Assembly: GCA_001768735.1 (NCBI GenBank)
Contig: MEMB01000002.1
Coordinates: forward strand, 556,696-620,695
DNA: 64,000 bases
From: Alphaproteobacteria bacterium GWF2_58_20
GTDB taxonomy: Bacteria; Pseudomonadota; Alphaproteobacteria; UBA1247
Direction of reading: 5' to 3'
Below the pieces are notes generated by a model. The model saw only the letters and a program-made list of their open reading frames with translations. It searched no databases and was not told the origin of the DNA. This document shows positions 1 to 9,044 of the stretch, in pieces. A program made the position numbers and the translations under genes. Each line of letters opens with the position of its first letter. Within the stretch, counting starts at the first letter, position 1.

Positions 1-142
1 TGGCGGGTTTACCTACCGGGCAAAGGAAGACGATTTTCTCATCACCCGCGCAAGCAACGTCAATGAAGCAAAGCAGGCATTTGGGCCTGACGCCGTCATC
101 CTTCCCGGCGACATCATCGAAGTCCAGGAACGTTTCTTCTGA
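1..142 (+). CDS. Polysaccharide export protein, C-terminal fragment (Wza/GumB-like SLBB domain); 5' end lies outside the window
   Basis: In-frame ORF runs from the window edge and ends '...AFGPDAVILPGDIIEVQERFF*' with TGA near position 140-142. The 'PGDII.V' motif is typical of the soluble-ligand-binding beta-grasp C-terminus of Wza-like exporters. It lies directly upstream of a BY-kinase gene. Confidence 0.4.
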   Translation, partial: GGFTYRAKEDDFLITRASNVNEAKQAFGPDAVILPGDIIEVQERFF

Positions 143-165
143 TTTCAAACCATCCGCAGGATCCC

Positions 166-2403
166 ATGAATACAATACAAGACGCAGCTTCTTCGAAAAG
201 CCAGGTTCATGTTACAGATCTCCCTCATCCCCCACATGAGCCGGAAAAGGATGACATCCGCAAAATTCTTGGCACCATCTGGCGGCGACGGGGCCTGATC
301 TCCTCCATTACGGTTCTCCTCACATTCCTGACATACGGGCTCACCTCCCAACTGACACCGCTTTACCGTGCCGAAAGCCAGATGCTTATTGAAGCTGGCA
401 AGGTCAATGTCCTTGACGTTGAAACCATTATTTCCGGTGGACGCACAGATTCCGAAGCTATCCGCAGCGAAGTGGAAGTCCTGCGTTCCCGCCGGGTTGC
501 AGAAAAGGTCATCGACAAGCTTGGCCTCATGTCCGATTCCGAATTCAACAAAGCCCTTTCCCCCAAAAAGGGAATCATGTCCAGATTTTCCCTGTTTTCA
601 TGGCTGAAAAGCCCGCCTTCTGAAGTCAGTGAAGATATCCTTGCCGAACAGCAGCGCACCCAGGTGGTGGACACTTTCCTGAACCATCTTTCCGTTGATC
701 CCATCCGCAACGCCCGCGTTGTGCGCATCGCTTTTGTTTCCAAGTCTTCAGATACGGCCAGCAAAGCTGCCAATGGCGTTGCCGACGCCTACCTTGAACG
801 CCAGCTTGAAGCCCGTTTTGAAACAACCCAGCGGGCAGCAGAATGGCTTAATGATCGCCTGGGCGATCTGAAAGTCCAGGTTGAAACTTCGGCGCGCGCA
901 GTAGAAGAATATCGCCAGCAACATGGAATTCTTGAAGGAACCGACGCCCCGCTCAACATCCAGGAAATGACCCAGATCAATTCCCAGCTCATTCTTTCCC
1001 GGGCAGAGCGTTCCAGCACCCAAGCCCGCCTAAACAAGATCAACGAACTGCTTGCCGCCGACAAACCCCTGGAAACGGCAAAAGAAGTTCAGGAATCCCG
1101 CATCATCCAGGACCTTCGGATCAAGGAAGGTGAGCTGCGCCGCAAGGTGGCCGAACTCTCCACCCGCTATGGTCCACGCCACCCCAGCATCCTCAACGTC
1201 AATGCCGAACTCTCTGATATTGAACGCAACATCAATGTAGAAGTTGGAAAGATTGTTGCAAACCTGAAGAATGAGCTTGAAATCGCAAAAACACGGGAAA
1301 CCTCCCTTGAATCCAGCCTCAAGGATGCGGAATCCAAAACCACCACCCAGAACCGTGCCCGTGTTGAACTTCGGGCCCTCCAGAGTGAAGCGGATGCCAA
1401 CCGCACTGTCTATGAGGCCTTTCTCAACCGTTTCAAGCAGGCCAGCTCACAGGAAGACCTTTCCCTGCAGGACGCGCAGATCATTTCCACAGCGCCACAT
1501 CCCCTGCACCCCTTTTTCCCCAACATGCCCGTTATCATGCTCCTGGCCATCATCCTGTCCTTCGGTCTTGGTGTTGCCCTTGCGCTGCTCCTGGAATATT
1601 TCGACCGCGGCTTCCGCAGCATGGAACAGGTGGAGCAGTTCACTGGACTTTCCGCTCTGGGGCTCATCCCCGAACTCATGAACCTTGGCAAAGATGAAAC
1701 GCCTCAGGATTACGTGGTGGGAAATCCAATTTCCGCTTATGGGGAAGCCATCCGCACTGTGCGGACCGCAGTTCTCCTGTCCAATCTCGACCATCCGGCA
1801 AAAATTGTCGCCATCACCTCGACAACCCCGCAGGAAGGCAAGACATCCTTTGCCTCCAGCTTGGCCTGCGTCACCGCCATGTCGGGAAGCCGGGCAATCC
1901 TGATTGACTGTGACATGCGGCGCCCTGCCGTCCACAAGTCCATGCACACGGAAAACAGGGATGGCCTTGTGGAACTCCTGCTTGGCGAAAAACAGTTCTC
2001 CGACATTATCCAAAAGGATGAAAAAAGCGGCCTGCATTTCATCACCGCAGGGAAAAGCGTTCCCAACCCGGCAGATCTCCTGGCTTCCCAGCACATGCGC
2101 AACCTTCTCAGGGCGTTGTCACAGCAATACGACCTTGTGGTGCTGGACTGCCCTCCCGTCCTTGCTGTGGCCGACCCTCGCGTCATCACCCTTTTTGCCG
2201 ACAAGACCATCTTCATCACCCGCTGGGCGGAAACAAACCGGGAAGTGGTTGCCATGGCCATCAGGCAGCTCAAGGACGCAGGCACAAACATTGCCGGCAT
2301 CGCCCTGAGCCGCGTCAACATGAAACGTCATTCCAGCTACCACTACAGCGATTCTGTCTATTACCATGGCAATTACAGGAAATATTACAGCTATGCGGAG
2401 TAA
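166..2403 (+). CDS. Polysaccharide biosynthesis tyrosine autokinase / chain-length determinant (Wzc/ExoP/GumC family)
   Basis: 745 aa. N-terminal Wzz-like region with a coiled-coil. A second transmembrane segment (VIMLLAIILSFGLGVALALLLEYF). C-terminal P-loop ATPase 'VAITSTTPQEGKTSFASS' (Walker A) and 'LVVLDCPPV' (Walker B-like). A Tyr-rich tail 'SSYHYSDSVYYHGNYRKYYSY' that is diagnostic of BY-kinases. Confidence 0.85.
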   Translation: MNTIQDAASSKSQVHVTDLPHPPHEPEKDDIRKILGTIWRRRGLISSITVLLTFLTYGLTSQLTPLYRAESQMLIEAGKVNVLDVETIISGGRTDSEAIRSEVEVLRSRRVAEKVIDKLGLMSDSEFNKALSPKKGIMSRFSLFSWLKSPPSEVSEDILAEQQRTQVVDTFLNHLSVDPIRNARVVRIAFVSKSSDTASKAANGVADAYLERQLEARFETTQRAAEWLNDRLGDLKVQVETSARAVEEYRQQHGILEGTDAPLNIQEMTQINSQLILSRAERSSTQARLNKINELLAADKPLETAKEVQESRIIQDLRIKEGELRRKVAELSTRYGPRHPSILNVNAELSDIERNINVEVGKIVANLKNELEIAKTRETSLESSLKDAESKTTTQNRARVELRALQSEADANRTVYEAFLNRFKQASSQEDLSLQDAQIISTAPHPLHPFFPNMPVIMLLAIILSFGLGVALALLLEYFDRGFRSMEQVEQFTGLSALGLIPELMNLGKDETPQDYVVGNPISAYGEAIRTVRTAVLLSNLDHPAKIVAITSTTPQEGKTSFASSLACVTAMSGSRAILIDCDMRRPAVHKSMHTENRDGLVELLLGEKQFSDIIQKDEKSGLHFITAGKSVPNPADLLASQHMRNLLRALSQQYDLVVLDCPPVLAVADPRVITLFADKTIFITRWAETNREVVAMAIRQLKDAGTNIAGIALSRVNMKRHSSYHYSDSVYYHGNYRKYYSYAE

Positions 2404-2407
2404 CCAG

Positions 2408-3019
2408 ATGCGGGGCAAAACACAAATTTCCCTGGCCTTGGTACTGGCATTTTCCTTGCTTCTGACAATCTTCACTGCCCTGCAGGCCACAAGTCACGGA
2501 CGCAATTCCAGCGACCTCTTGGAAACGAAGGCGCGCCAAGTGCTTACGCTGGCTGAAACATCCGGCTTCAAGACACCTGCAGGACAAAAACATCTCCAGA
2601 ACACGCACGCCCTTCTTGAAAAGGCCATAGCCTTGCGTCCCATTGCCCTGCAAACTTGGCTGCTTGACGCACGCACAGCCCTGATACTGGCAACGACAAC
2701 CCCTTCCCAACCCCATATAGCCAGACTTGAGAAAAGCCTTTCCATGGCCCACCTGTCCGGCCGGCACATCATTCTCCCGGCAGCCCGCCACCGCCTCATG
2801 ACAGCCTTGTGGGCACAGAAAAACTTTCCCAATCTTGCCCTGTCAAAATCCGGCATGCAGCAGGACATTGCCATGCTCGCACAACACTGGTTGCTGCGTG
2901 ATCTGGCCCGCACAGCGCTGAAAACCGGAACAACGGACATGATCCGGGCATCGCTTCCCAAAGAACCACAGCGCCAAAAAGCCTTTGATTACTATCTTAT
3001 TAAGGAAAGACAGTCATAA
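2408..3019 (+). CDS. Hypothetical membrane-anchored protein, possibly helical-repeat; start uncertain (ORF opens at 2366)
   Basis: ORF 2366..3019. N-terminal hydrophobic segment 'ISLALVLAFSLLLTIFTALQA' followed by a helical region. Sits immediately downstream of the BY-kinase. No recognisable catalytic motif. Confidence 0.35.
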   Translation: MRGKTQISLALVLAFSLLLTIFTALQATSHGRNSSDLLETKARQVLTLAETSGFKTPAGQKHLQNTHALLEKAIALRPIALQTWLLDARTALILATTTPSQPHIARLEKSLSMAHLSGRHIILPAARHRLMTALWAQKNFPNLALSKSGMQQDIAMLAQHWLLRDLARTALKTGTTDMIRASLPKEPQRQKAFDYYLIKERQS

Positions 3020-3091
3020 TATGACTTGGCAAACCCCTGTTTTTGGCGTAAACAAAAACTATTCTGTAGCCTAACCCCAAAGAGGAACAAC

Positions 3092-3799
3092 ATGCGCAAT
3101 CTTCGCTCCATCGCCGCCATCGCCCTTCTCGCCGGCATCGGCTTTTCCATTCCTGGCTCCGCCAGCGCCCAGGCACCGAATCCGACCCCCTTTCCCCTCA
3201 CAAATCAGGCTGCAGCGCTGCGGCTTGCCCTTCAAGCCCAACTTCCCGCTGGCGTCAGCATTGAAACCGCATCGCCGGAAATGCTTGCTTCCGCGCTCAT
3301 GGCCATCAGCGCATCCCCGGAAATGATCGCTTCCGTCATTACGACGCGTCCGGATGCCGTTTCTGCCATCGTCACCTCCGTGATGGATTCCCGTCCGGAT
3401 GCCATTGCGGTCATCGCACAGGTTGCCGCCGCTGCGCCCGCATCTGCCCCGCAAATCACTTCTGCCGCTGTTTCTGCATCTCCTGAGCAGGCCGGCGCCA
3501 TCGTAACCCAGGTTCTGGCAGCAACCCCTGTAGAAACACACGCAGGCATTGTTGAAACGGTTGCTACGGAAAACCCCGCTGTAGCGGAAGCCGTCAACAC
3601 GGCAGGCGAAACAGCTGCTGCCGAAGAGCCTGCCGCAAATGACGAACCTGCTGCGGAAGAAGAACCTGCCGCTGAAGAAGAACCTGCCGCTGAAGAAGAG
3701 CCTGCCGCTGAAGAAGAGCCTGCTGGCGACATTCCCGGTGAAAATACGGACACCGGCTCAGAAAGCCAGAACAACGTCTCGCCTTCCGTTCCGGAGTAA
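3092..3799 (+). CDS. Secreted acidic Ala/Glu/Pro-rich repeat protein, function unknown
   Basis: Shine-Dalgarno 'agaggaa' lies 5 nt upstream of the ATG at 3092. Signal peptide 'MRNLRSIAAIALLAGIGFSIPGSASAQA'. Degenerate ~12-aa repeats (SPEM[LI]AS..., RPDA[VI].AI) and a C-terminal (EEEPAA)x4 block. Confidence 0.6.
   Translation: MRNLRSIAAIALLAGIGFSIPGSASAQAPNPTPFPLTNQAAALRLALQAQLPAGVSIETASPEMLASALMAISASPEMIASVITTRPDAVSAIVTSVMDSRPDAIAVIAQVAAAAPASAPQITSAAVSASPEQAGAIVTQVLAATPVETHAGIVETVATENPAVAEAVNTAGETAAAEEPAANDEPAAEEEPAAEEEPAAEEEPAAEEEPAGDIPGENTDTGSESQNNVSPSVPE
3652..3726 (+). repeat. Tandem 18-bp coding repeat (gaagaagaacctgccgct x ~4) encoding (EEEPAA)n
   Basis: Near-identical 18-nt units visible in the sequence 3652-3726. 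The alternate-frame ORF 3639..3824 ('KKNLPLKK' repeats) is an artefact of this repeat. Confidence 0.8.
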
Positions 3800-3823
3800 T
3801 CTCTTTTCTCCAGACATAATATA

Positions 3824-3850
3824 AAACGGGGGGCGAAAGCCTCCCGTTTC
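3824..3850 (+). terminator. Rho-independent terminator after the acidic repeat protein gene
   Basis: Hairpin AAACGGGGGG-CGAAAG-CCTCCCGTTT followed by a TTTCAT T-tract. Confidence 0.6.
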
Positions 3851-3915
3851 ATGTAAAGCTCATCTCATTCTCCCGTCTTTGTCCCTGCCTTCGCCCACAA
3901 CATCACCTTGAGGAT

Positions 3916-4341
3916 TTGAACATGAACTGGATGGCTCTTTTTTTCCTGCTGGCTGGCATCATTTCCCTGAGCAGCGCAGCCTATCTTGCCCAACAGGTAT
4001 CAAATTTCCTTGCCAGCGCCCAAAAAGCACGCGGCATTGTTGTGCGCCAGGAAACTGGAAACACTTCAACATCCGATGACAAACAGGAACCCGACAAGAC
4101 GACGCTTTACGCCCCGGTTGTGCGTTTTTTAGATGAGGCTGGCACTTATCATGAATTCACATCACAAGTAGGCAGTAACCCACCCCGCTGGCCGAACGGA
4201 AGCGGAGTCGAAATTCTTTATGATCCGAAAAACCCGGAAACTGCCAGCATCAGCATGCCCCTTGTCCTTTGGACAAAGCCCCTCATCCTTGCGGCCATTG
4301 GCAGCATCATGCTTCTGGGGGCCATCCTGAACATCGCCTGA
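3916..4341 (+). CDS. DUF3592-like membrane protein
   Basis: N-terminal and C-terminal transmembrane helices flank a beta-rich segment ending 'GSGVEILYDPKNPETASI', the pattern of DUF3592. Confidence 0.5.
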   Translation: MNMNWMALFFLLAGIISLSSAAYLAQQVSNFLASAQKARGIVVRQETGNTSTSDDKQEPDKTTLYAPVVRFLDEAGTYHEFTSQVGSNPPRWPNGSGVEILYDPKNPETASISMPLVLWTKPLILAAIGSIMLLGAILNIA

Positions 4342-4352
4342 GGTCATTTCAA

Positions 4353-4937
4353 ATGAGAACCATCCACCTGGCTTCAACCAACAAGGGCAAATTGGCCTCC
4401 ATGCGCAAACACCTGGATGGTCTTGACATTGAGGTTGTTCCGGTTGATCTGCCCATTGTCGAACCTCAAGCTTCCAGCATTGAAGGGGTTGCCAAATCCA
4501 AGGCACATCAGGCATTCAACCTTTTGAAAAAACCTGTTGTCATTGAAGATAGCGGTTTTTTTATCAACGCCTTGGAAGGCTTTCCCGGCCCTTATGCCAA
4601 ATACATCAATGAAACCATAAAGGTTGAAGGCCTCATCAAGCTGATGGATGGGGAAGCGGATCGGCGCTGTAAATTCATTGGCGTTCTGGTTTATATCGAC
4701 GAAACAGGAAAAGAGCATGTCTTTAGCCATGAAGAACGGGGAAGCATGTCTTTGGCGGTTGATAATACGGAATGCGCACATTCCTGGTCACGGCTCTGGC
4801 ACATTTTCATTCCTGAAGGAAATGATGTAACCATCAACATCCTCAAAAACCGGAAAGACAGCGCTGCTTTTGACAAATTGCACAGCAATTCGGATTTCTG
4901 CAAGTTTGCAACCTTTATGAGGAATCCCTCTTCCTGA
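4353..4937 (+). CDS. Non-canonical purine NTP pyrophosphatase (RdgB/HAM1/ITPase family) with a divergent C-terminus
   Basis: 'MRTIHLASTNKGKLASMRKHL' carries the ITPase N-terminal motif. 'EDSGFFINALEGFPGPYAKYI' matches the EDSGL.V.AL.G.PG.YSAR motif. ATG at 4353. Confidence 0.65.
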   Translation: MRTIHLASTNKGKLASMRKHLDGLDIEVVPVDLPIVEPQASSIEGVAKSKAHQAFNLLKKPVVIEDSGFFINALEGFPGPYAKYINETIKVEGLIKLMDGEADRRCKFIGVLVYIDETGKEHVFSHEERGSMSLAVDNTECAHSWSRLWHIFIPEGNDVTINILKNRKDSAAFDKLHSNSDFCKFATFMRNPSS

Positions 4938-5111
4938 TAGGCCTTGCCTGATTTTCAGCCGGCTTTAGAGCCTTGAGCGTTCATCGAATACCCCTGTTGC
5001 CTTTTGATGGCCATCCGCCGCGCGTGCAAACCTTGGACGATGCCTGCATCGCCCCTGCGGGCAAGCGCCTTGCGGTCTGGCTCATCCCAAGATCAACAGG
5101 CATTGTTCAAT

Positions 5112-6044
5112 CTAAACGCTCAAGGCTCTAGCCCTGCGCGCTCCTGTTTTAGAAATCACTTCGGTCGCCGCCATAACGCCGACACAACCGCATTCCAAGG
5201 CCGCCTTTCCTTCCAGCATGCCCGCAAGAAAACCGGCGGCAAACATGTCGCCCGCCCCTGTGGTGTCACAAAGGTTCGCAACAGGAAGGGCAGGAACATC
5301 CTCACACTGTCCATCCATGCGGATGCGCGCCCCCCTGGCGCCCATGGTCATGGCCAGAATGGCGGGAACCTGTCCTTCAAACCCGCCCATGACGGCAAAC
5401 TCATCCTCATTGCCGAGCAGGATGTTCACCTGCGCGGGAACAAACCTTTTCAGAAAATCCAGGTGACGGGCCACACATCCTGCATCGGAAAGCGTGAGGG
5501 CAAGTTTTGCTCCGACATTCTTTGCAAACCCCGCAGCCTTTTCAAAAACCTCAATGCCTTTTGGAGAATCAAGCAGATAACTTTCCAGCAGGATAACCTT
5601 GGCATGGGCAAAATCCCGCAGGAGCAAATCTCGCGCAGAAAGCCTGCGGGCGGCGCCGAGAAGAGTTGTCATGGTGCGCTGGGCATCTGGCGTCACCACA
5701 ATGCAGGACGTTCCCGTTTTCGATGTCCTGAATGGCCTGACATGACCAAAAGCAACACCGGAGGCGGCAAGATCGCGCGCAAAACGACGCCCGCGGGGAT
5801 CATCCCCCACCTTGCCAACAAAAAGGCACTTGTGCCCCATGTGTCCAAGGCCCGCCATGGTATTGGCCACAGAACCGCCAGAATGTTCCCCATCCACCAC
5901 AAGATGCTTCAGGATACCGGAAATCCTCCGGGCATCCACCAGCATCATGCCCCCCTTTACAAGGGCGTGACGGGCAAGAAACCCATCATCCGCATGGGCA
6001 ATGACATCCACAATGGCATGGCCAATACCGACAACTTCCTTCAT
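5112..6044 (-). CDS. PfkB-family carbohydrate/nucleoside kinase (ribokinase/adenosine kinase-like)
   Basis: 310 aa. C-terminal 'DTTGAGDMFAAGFLAGML' is the PfkB signature 2 (DTxGAGD). N-terminal GG dipeptide region. Confidence 0.75.
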   Translation of the reverse strand: MKEVVGIGHAIVDVIAHADDGFLARHALVKGGMMLVDARRISGILKHLVVDGEHSGGSVANTMAGLGHMGHKCLFVGKVGDDPRGRRFARDLAASGVAFGHVRPFRTSKTGTSCIVVTPDAQRTMTTLLGAARRLSARDLLLRDFAHAKVILLESYLLDSPKGIEVFEKAAGFAKNVGAKLALTLSDAGCVARHLDFLKRFVPAQVNILLGNEDEFAVMGGFEGQVPAILAMTMGARGARIRMDGQCEDVPALPVANLCDTTGAGDMFAAGFLAGMLEGKAALECGCVGVMAATEVISKTGARRARALSV

Positions 6045-6427
6045 TTTGCCAAAATCTGCCGCATTTCCGCAAGGGCGGGATCAACCATACCACGTCCTTC
6101 CATCTCATCAACCAATGCCAGCATGCGGTTTTCCGGCTTCCTGTTTGGATTCTTGTGGTCAAGCAGGATAAACCAGATGTTGCGGGCATAAATGGTGAGG
6201 CCAAGCCCCTGCCCTGCGATAAACACCGGATCCCGCTTGTATATGGCATAAGATAGCAAAACCAACGCACCGCCAACGCTGAAGAACCAGAAAGCCACCG
6301 GAATGACGCTGCGCTTTTGCTTCTCGCTCTGGATGATCTGGATCACGAAGCGCATCATGAAGAGCGCCTGTCCGAAAAAGCCGATAGCCAGCCAGACATT
6401 ATCCACTGTCAGAAGTTTTTCAAGCAT
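6041..6427 (-). CDS. Lipid-A-disaccharide synthase N-terminal (LAB_N) domain membrane protein
   Basis: 128 aa, three transmembrane helices with 'GQALFMMRFVIQ' typical of LAB_N/PF07578. 4-nt overlap with the downstream kinase gene. Confidence 0.6.
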   Translation of the reverse strand: MLEKLLTVDNVWLAIGFFGQALFMMRFVIQIIQSEKQKRSVIPVAFWFFSVGGALVLLSYAIYKRDPVFIAGQGLGLTIYARNIWFILLDHKNPNRKPENRMLALVDEMEGRGMVDPALAEMRQILAK

Positions 6428-6430
6428 GGA

Positions 6431-7168
6431 TTATTCCTCAACCTTCACGGAAGGCAGGCGCATGCGGCGCTGCAGCCACATGACTCCCAGGATGTCGGCA
6501 ATACTGACCCACAGGCGGTTCCAGACGCCATATTTTGAGACGCCCGCCGTGCGGGGACGATGGTTGACATGGTGGCTGACAACCGTATAGCCCTCGCGCC
6601 GCATGAGCGCCGGCAAAAAGCGGTGGACATGGTCAAAAAACGGCAGACACAGGAACACGTCCTTCAGGAAAACCTTGCTGCCGCAGCCAGTATCCGGCGT
6701 TTTGTCCCGCAAGAGGCCCGCCCGCACGGCAAACGCCGTCCGCGAGGAAACCTTGCGGATGAAGGTATCCTGCCGCTTGTGCCGCCATCCGGCCACAAGT
6801 CCCAGATTTTCTTCCGGTTTGGCCTTGCGCAAAATGTCGATCATGGCCGGAAAATCGGCCGGGTCATTTTGCCCGTCACCATCCAGCATGCAGATGATGT
6901 CGCCATGCGCGTGAAGGACCCCCGTTCGTACAGCAGCGCTCTGGCCGCAGGCCTTTTCATGGCGGATAGCGCGCAGCATGGGATATTTCCCCCTGGCTTC
7001 CCGCAATTTTTCAGCGGTACCATCGGTACTGCCATCATTCACATACACCATTTCAAAGGCAAACTTGCCATCCAGCGCGGCATGGATCTCTGCAACCAGC
7101 GGCAGGATATTGTCTTCCTCGTTATGCACCGGCACAACAACCGAAACGTCAACCTTTTGCTCAACCAT
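6431..7168 (-). CDS. Family 2 glycosyltransferase (polyprenyl-phosphate sugar transferase, ArnC/DPM1-like)
   Basis: 'VVVPVHNEEDNILPLVAEI', DxD-like 'MLDGDGQND' and a GT2 fold pattern. 3 nt upstream of the LAB_N gene. Confidence 0.75.
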   Translation of the reverse strand: MVEQKVDVSVVVPVHNEEDNILPLVAEIHAALDGKFAFEMVYVNDGSTDGTAEKLREARGKYPMLRAIRHEKACGQSAAVRTGVLHAHGDIICMLDGDGQNDPADFPAMIDILRKAKPEENLGLVAGWRHKRQDTFIRKVSSRTAFAVRAGLLRDKTPDTGCGSKVFLKDVFLCLPFFDHVHRFLPALMRREGYTVVSHHVNHRPRTAGVSKYGVWNRLWVSIADILGVMWLQRRMRLPSVKVEE

Positions 7169-7243
7169 ATTCTATTCCCCTTGTTTGGCAAAAACGCGTC
7201 TTCATACACCGGAGGGCTTTCCATTTCAAAGGATTTCTCTAAA

Positions 7244-7732
7244 ATGGCAACCATGACCACATGGAAACACACATGGGATGCCATTGCCCGCAAAGGATTT
7301 GACAACCTCGCGCCCGAAGATGCGCCCGGTTGCCTGCTGGCTTGTGAAATCCTGCCAGCCTTTACCGCCGACATGATTCAAACGGCCCTGCGGAACTTCC
7401 AGCCTTCCGGTTTTCCACATGACGACCTGCTTGAACTCTCCATGCGCTTTCTGGAAGCCATGAAACCCCACCGCGCCGGACTTGCCGGCATCCGCGAAGT
7501 CCTGTTGACCGACCCCTCCCGCCTTGTTCCCCTGCTGCTCCCCTTTGCTGGGGAAATGGACAGGTTGGTGGAAACCGCCGGCCTGCGTACATCACCCCGC
7601 GCAGGAATTTTTCATTCCCTGAAGCTCATGGCAGCCCTGGCAAAATGTTTCCCTGTTTTCCTGGAGGATACTACCCCTGAGCTGAAGGCAACCCTGGCCT
7701 GCCTGGCCCAAAAACTCAGAGCGGCAGCCTGA
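7244..7732 (+). CDS. Hypothetical protein (helical)
   Basis: ATG at 7244 within the long ORF 6560..7732. The region upstream of 7244 is antisense to the GT2 gene. No recognisable motif. Confidence 0.35.
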   Translation: MATMTTWKHTWDAIARKGFDNLAPEDAPGCLLACEILPAFTADMIQTALRNFQPSGFPHDDLLELSMRFLEAMKPHRAGLAGIREVLLTDPSRLVPLLLPFAGEMDRLVETAGLRTSPRAGIFHSLKLMAALAKCFPVFLEDTTPELKATLACLAQKLRAAA

Positions 7733-9044
7733 GAAGAACCCTGAGCCCTCCACGGGGACTGTGAGTCAGGCTGATATCCCCGCCATGGCTGCGGGCAATG
7801 TCACGGGCAATGGTGAGGCCGAGGCCCACGCCTTCATCGCCCCGATCATTCTCGCCAAGCCGCCAGAACGGCTGGAATACCTTTTCCCTGGCATCTTCGC
7901 CAATGCCGGGACCATCATCATCCACAACAACAAAAGCCATGCCGCCGTCCCGGCGCACGGAAACCCATGCATGGGAGGCATATTTCCCCGTATTTGAAAG
8001 CAGGTTGCCAAGACACCGGCGAATTTTTCCGGAACGCAACGGCAGGGAAATTCCCTCCTCCGTCTCAAGTGCGATGTCCCCGCCGAGCCGTCGATGATCA
8101 GATACCACCTCTGAAACAAGAACCGAAAGATCCGTTATTTCAGATGCTTCATTTCCTTCACCACGCGCAAAGGACAGGTAGCCACCTATCATGTGTTCCA
8201 TTTCATCAATGTCTGAAGCTATGCCGGCCTTGGCCTTTTCATCCTCCAGCATGGCGAGTTCGAGCTTCATGCGGGTCAACGGCGTACGCAAATCATGCGA
8301 AACCCCGGCCAAAAGGGCGGTACGCTGCGCCATTTGCCGCCGGATGCGCTCCCGCATCACCAAAAAAGCGGCTGATGCCCGCCGCACCTCAAGCGCCCCT
8401 GCGGGTTTGAAACGTTTTGATTCACGGCCCTTGCCAAAATCCTCAGCCACTTCGGCAAGGCGGCGGATGGGACGGACCTGGTTTTTCATGAACACAATGG
8501 CAATGGCTGAAAACAGCACCGAGGAAAACATCATCCACCAGATGAAAATATATCCCGTTGAACTGAACAACCGTTTTTTGGGCACCAGAACCTTGAGAAC
8601 GCCGCCTTCAACCGCAACATCAACTTCAAAAACCTCATCCGGAATGTAAACGGAAACCCGGAAGGGTTTCTGAACCTTTTCCGCCATGGCCCATGAAAGC
8701 TTTTCCTCGACAATCGGAATGCCGATCTTTTCCTGACGAGCCTCAGACAGGCTCTCTCCTGCCCGAAAGCTGGCAATCAGGTCAAACGCCCGCGCGGCCT
8801 GGAGAAATCGTCTTTCAGGATAATCGCCGGGCTGGCTCGTTTCCACATCTGCAACCAGCGTGGAGACTTCCCCGGCCACTGCATAGGCAAGGCGGGACAC
8901 CATGACGTCCCAATGGCGCCCAAAAAAGATGTAAACCGAGATGACCTGTACGGCGACAACCGGCATGATCATGATGATCAGCGTGCGCCAAAGCAGGGTT
9001 TTTGGAAGGAATTTACGCACGAATCCCTTGATCATGCGGCCCAT
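7716..9044 (-). CDS. Two-component sensor histidine kinase (EnvZ-like: TM-HAMP-HisKA-HATPase)
   Basis: H-box 'GVSHDLRTPLTRMKL'. N-box 'LGNLLSNTGKYA'. G-boxes 'VVDDDGPGI' and 'GVGLGLTIAR'. Two transmembrane segments. Confidence 0.85.
   Translation of the reverse strand: MGRMIKGFVRKFLPKTLLWRTLIIMIMPVVAVQVISVYIFFGRHWDVMVSRLAYAVAGEVSTLVADVETSQPGDYPERRFLQAARAFDLIASFRAGESLSEARQEKIGIPIVEEKLSWAMAEKVQKPFRVSVYIPDEVFEVDVAVEGGVLKVLVPKKRLFSSTGYIFIWWMMFSSVLFSAIAIVFMKNQVRPIRRLAEVAEDFGKGRESKRFKPAGALEVRRASAAFLVMRERIRRQMAQRTALLAGVSHDLRTPLTRMKLELAMLEDEKAKAGIASDIDEMEHMIGGYLSFARGEGNEASEITDLSVLVSEVVSDHRRLGGDIALETEEGISLPLRSGKIRRCLGNLLSNTGKYASHAWVSVRRDGGMAFVVVDDDGPGIGEDAREKVFQPFWRLGENDRGDEGVGLGLTIARDIARSHGGDISLTHSPRGGLRVLLRLPL

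Noticed and set aside
3639-3824. 61-aa ORF with 'KKNLPLKK' repeats
   Set aside because: It is an alternate reading frame of the 18-bp tandem repeat inside the acidic repeat protein gene. The +1-frame protein with the signal peptide is the real product.
6560-7243. Upstream 228 codons of ORF 6560..7732
   Set aside because: This part is antisense to the well-supported GT2 glycosyltransferase gene. Only the portion from ATG 7244 lies in an otherwise gene-free interval.
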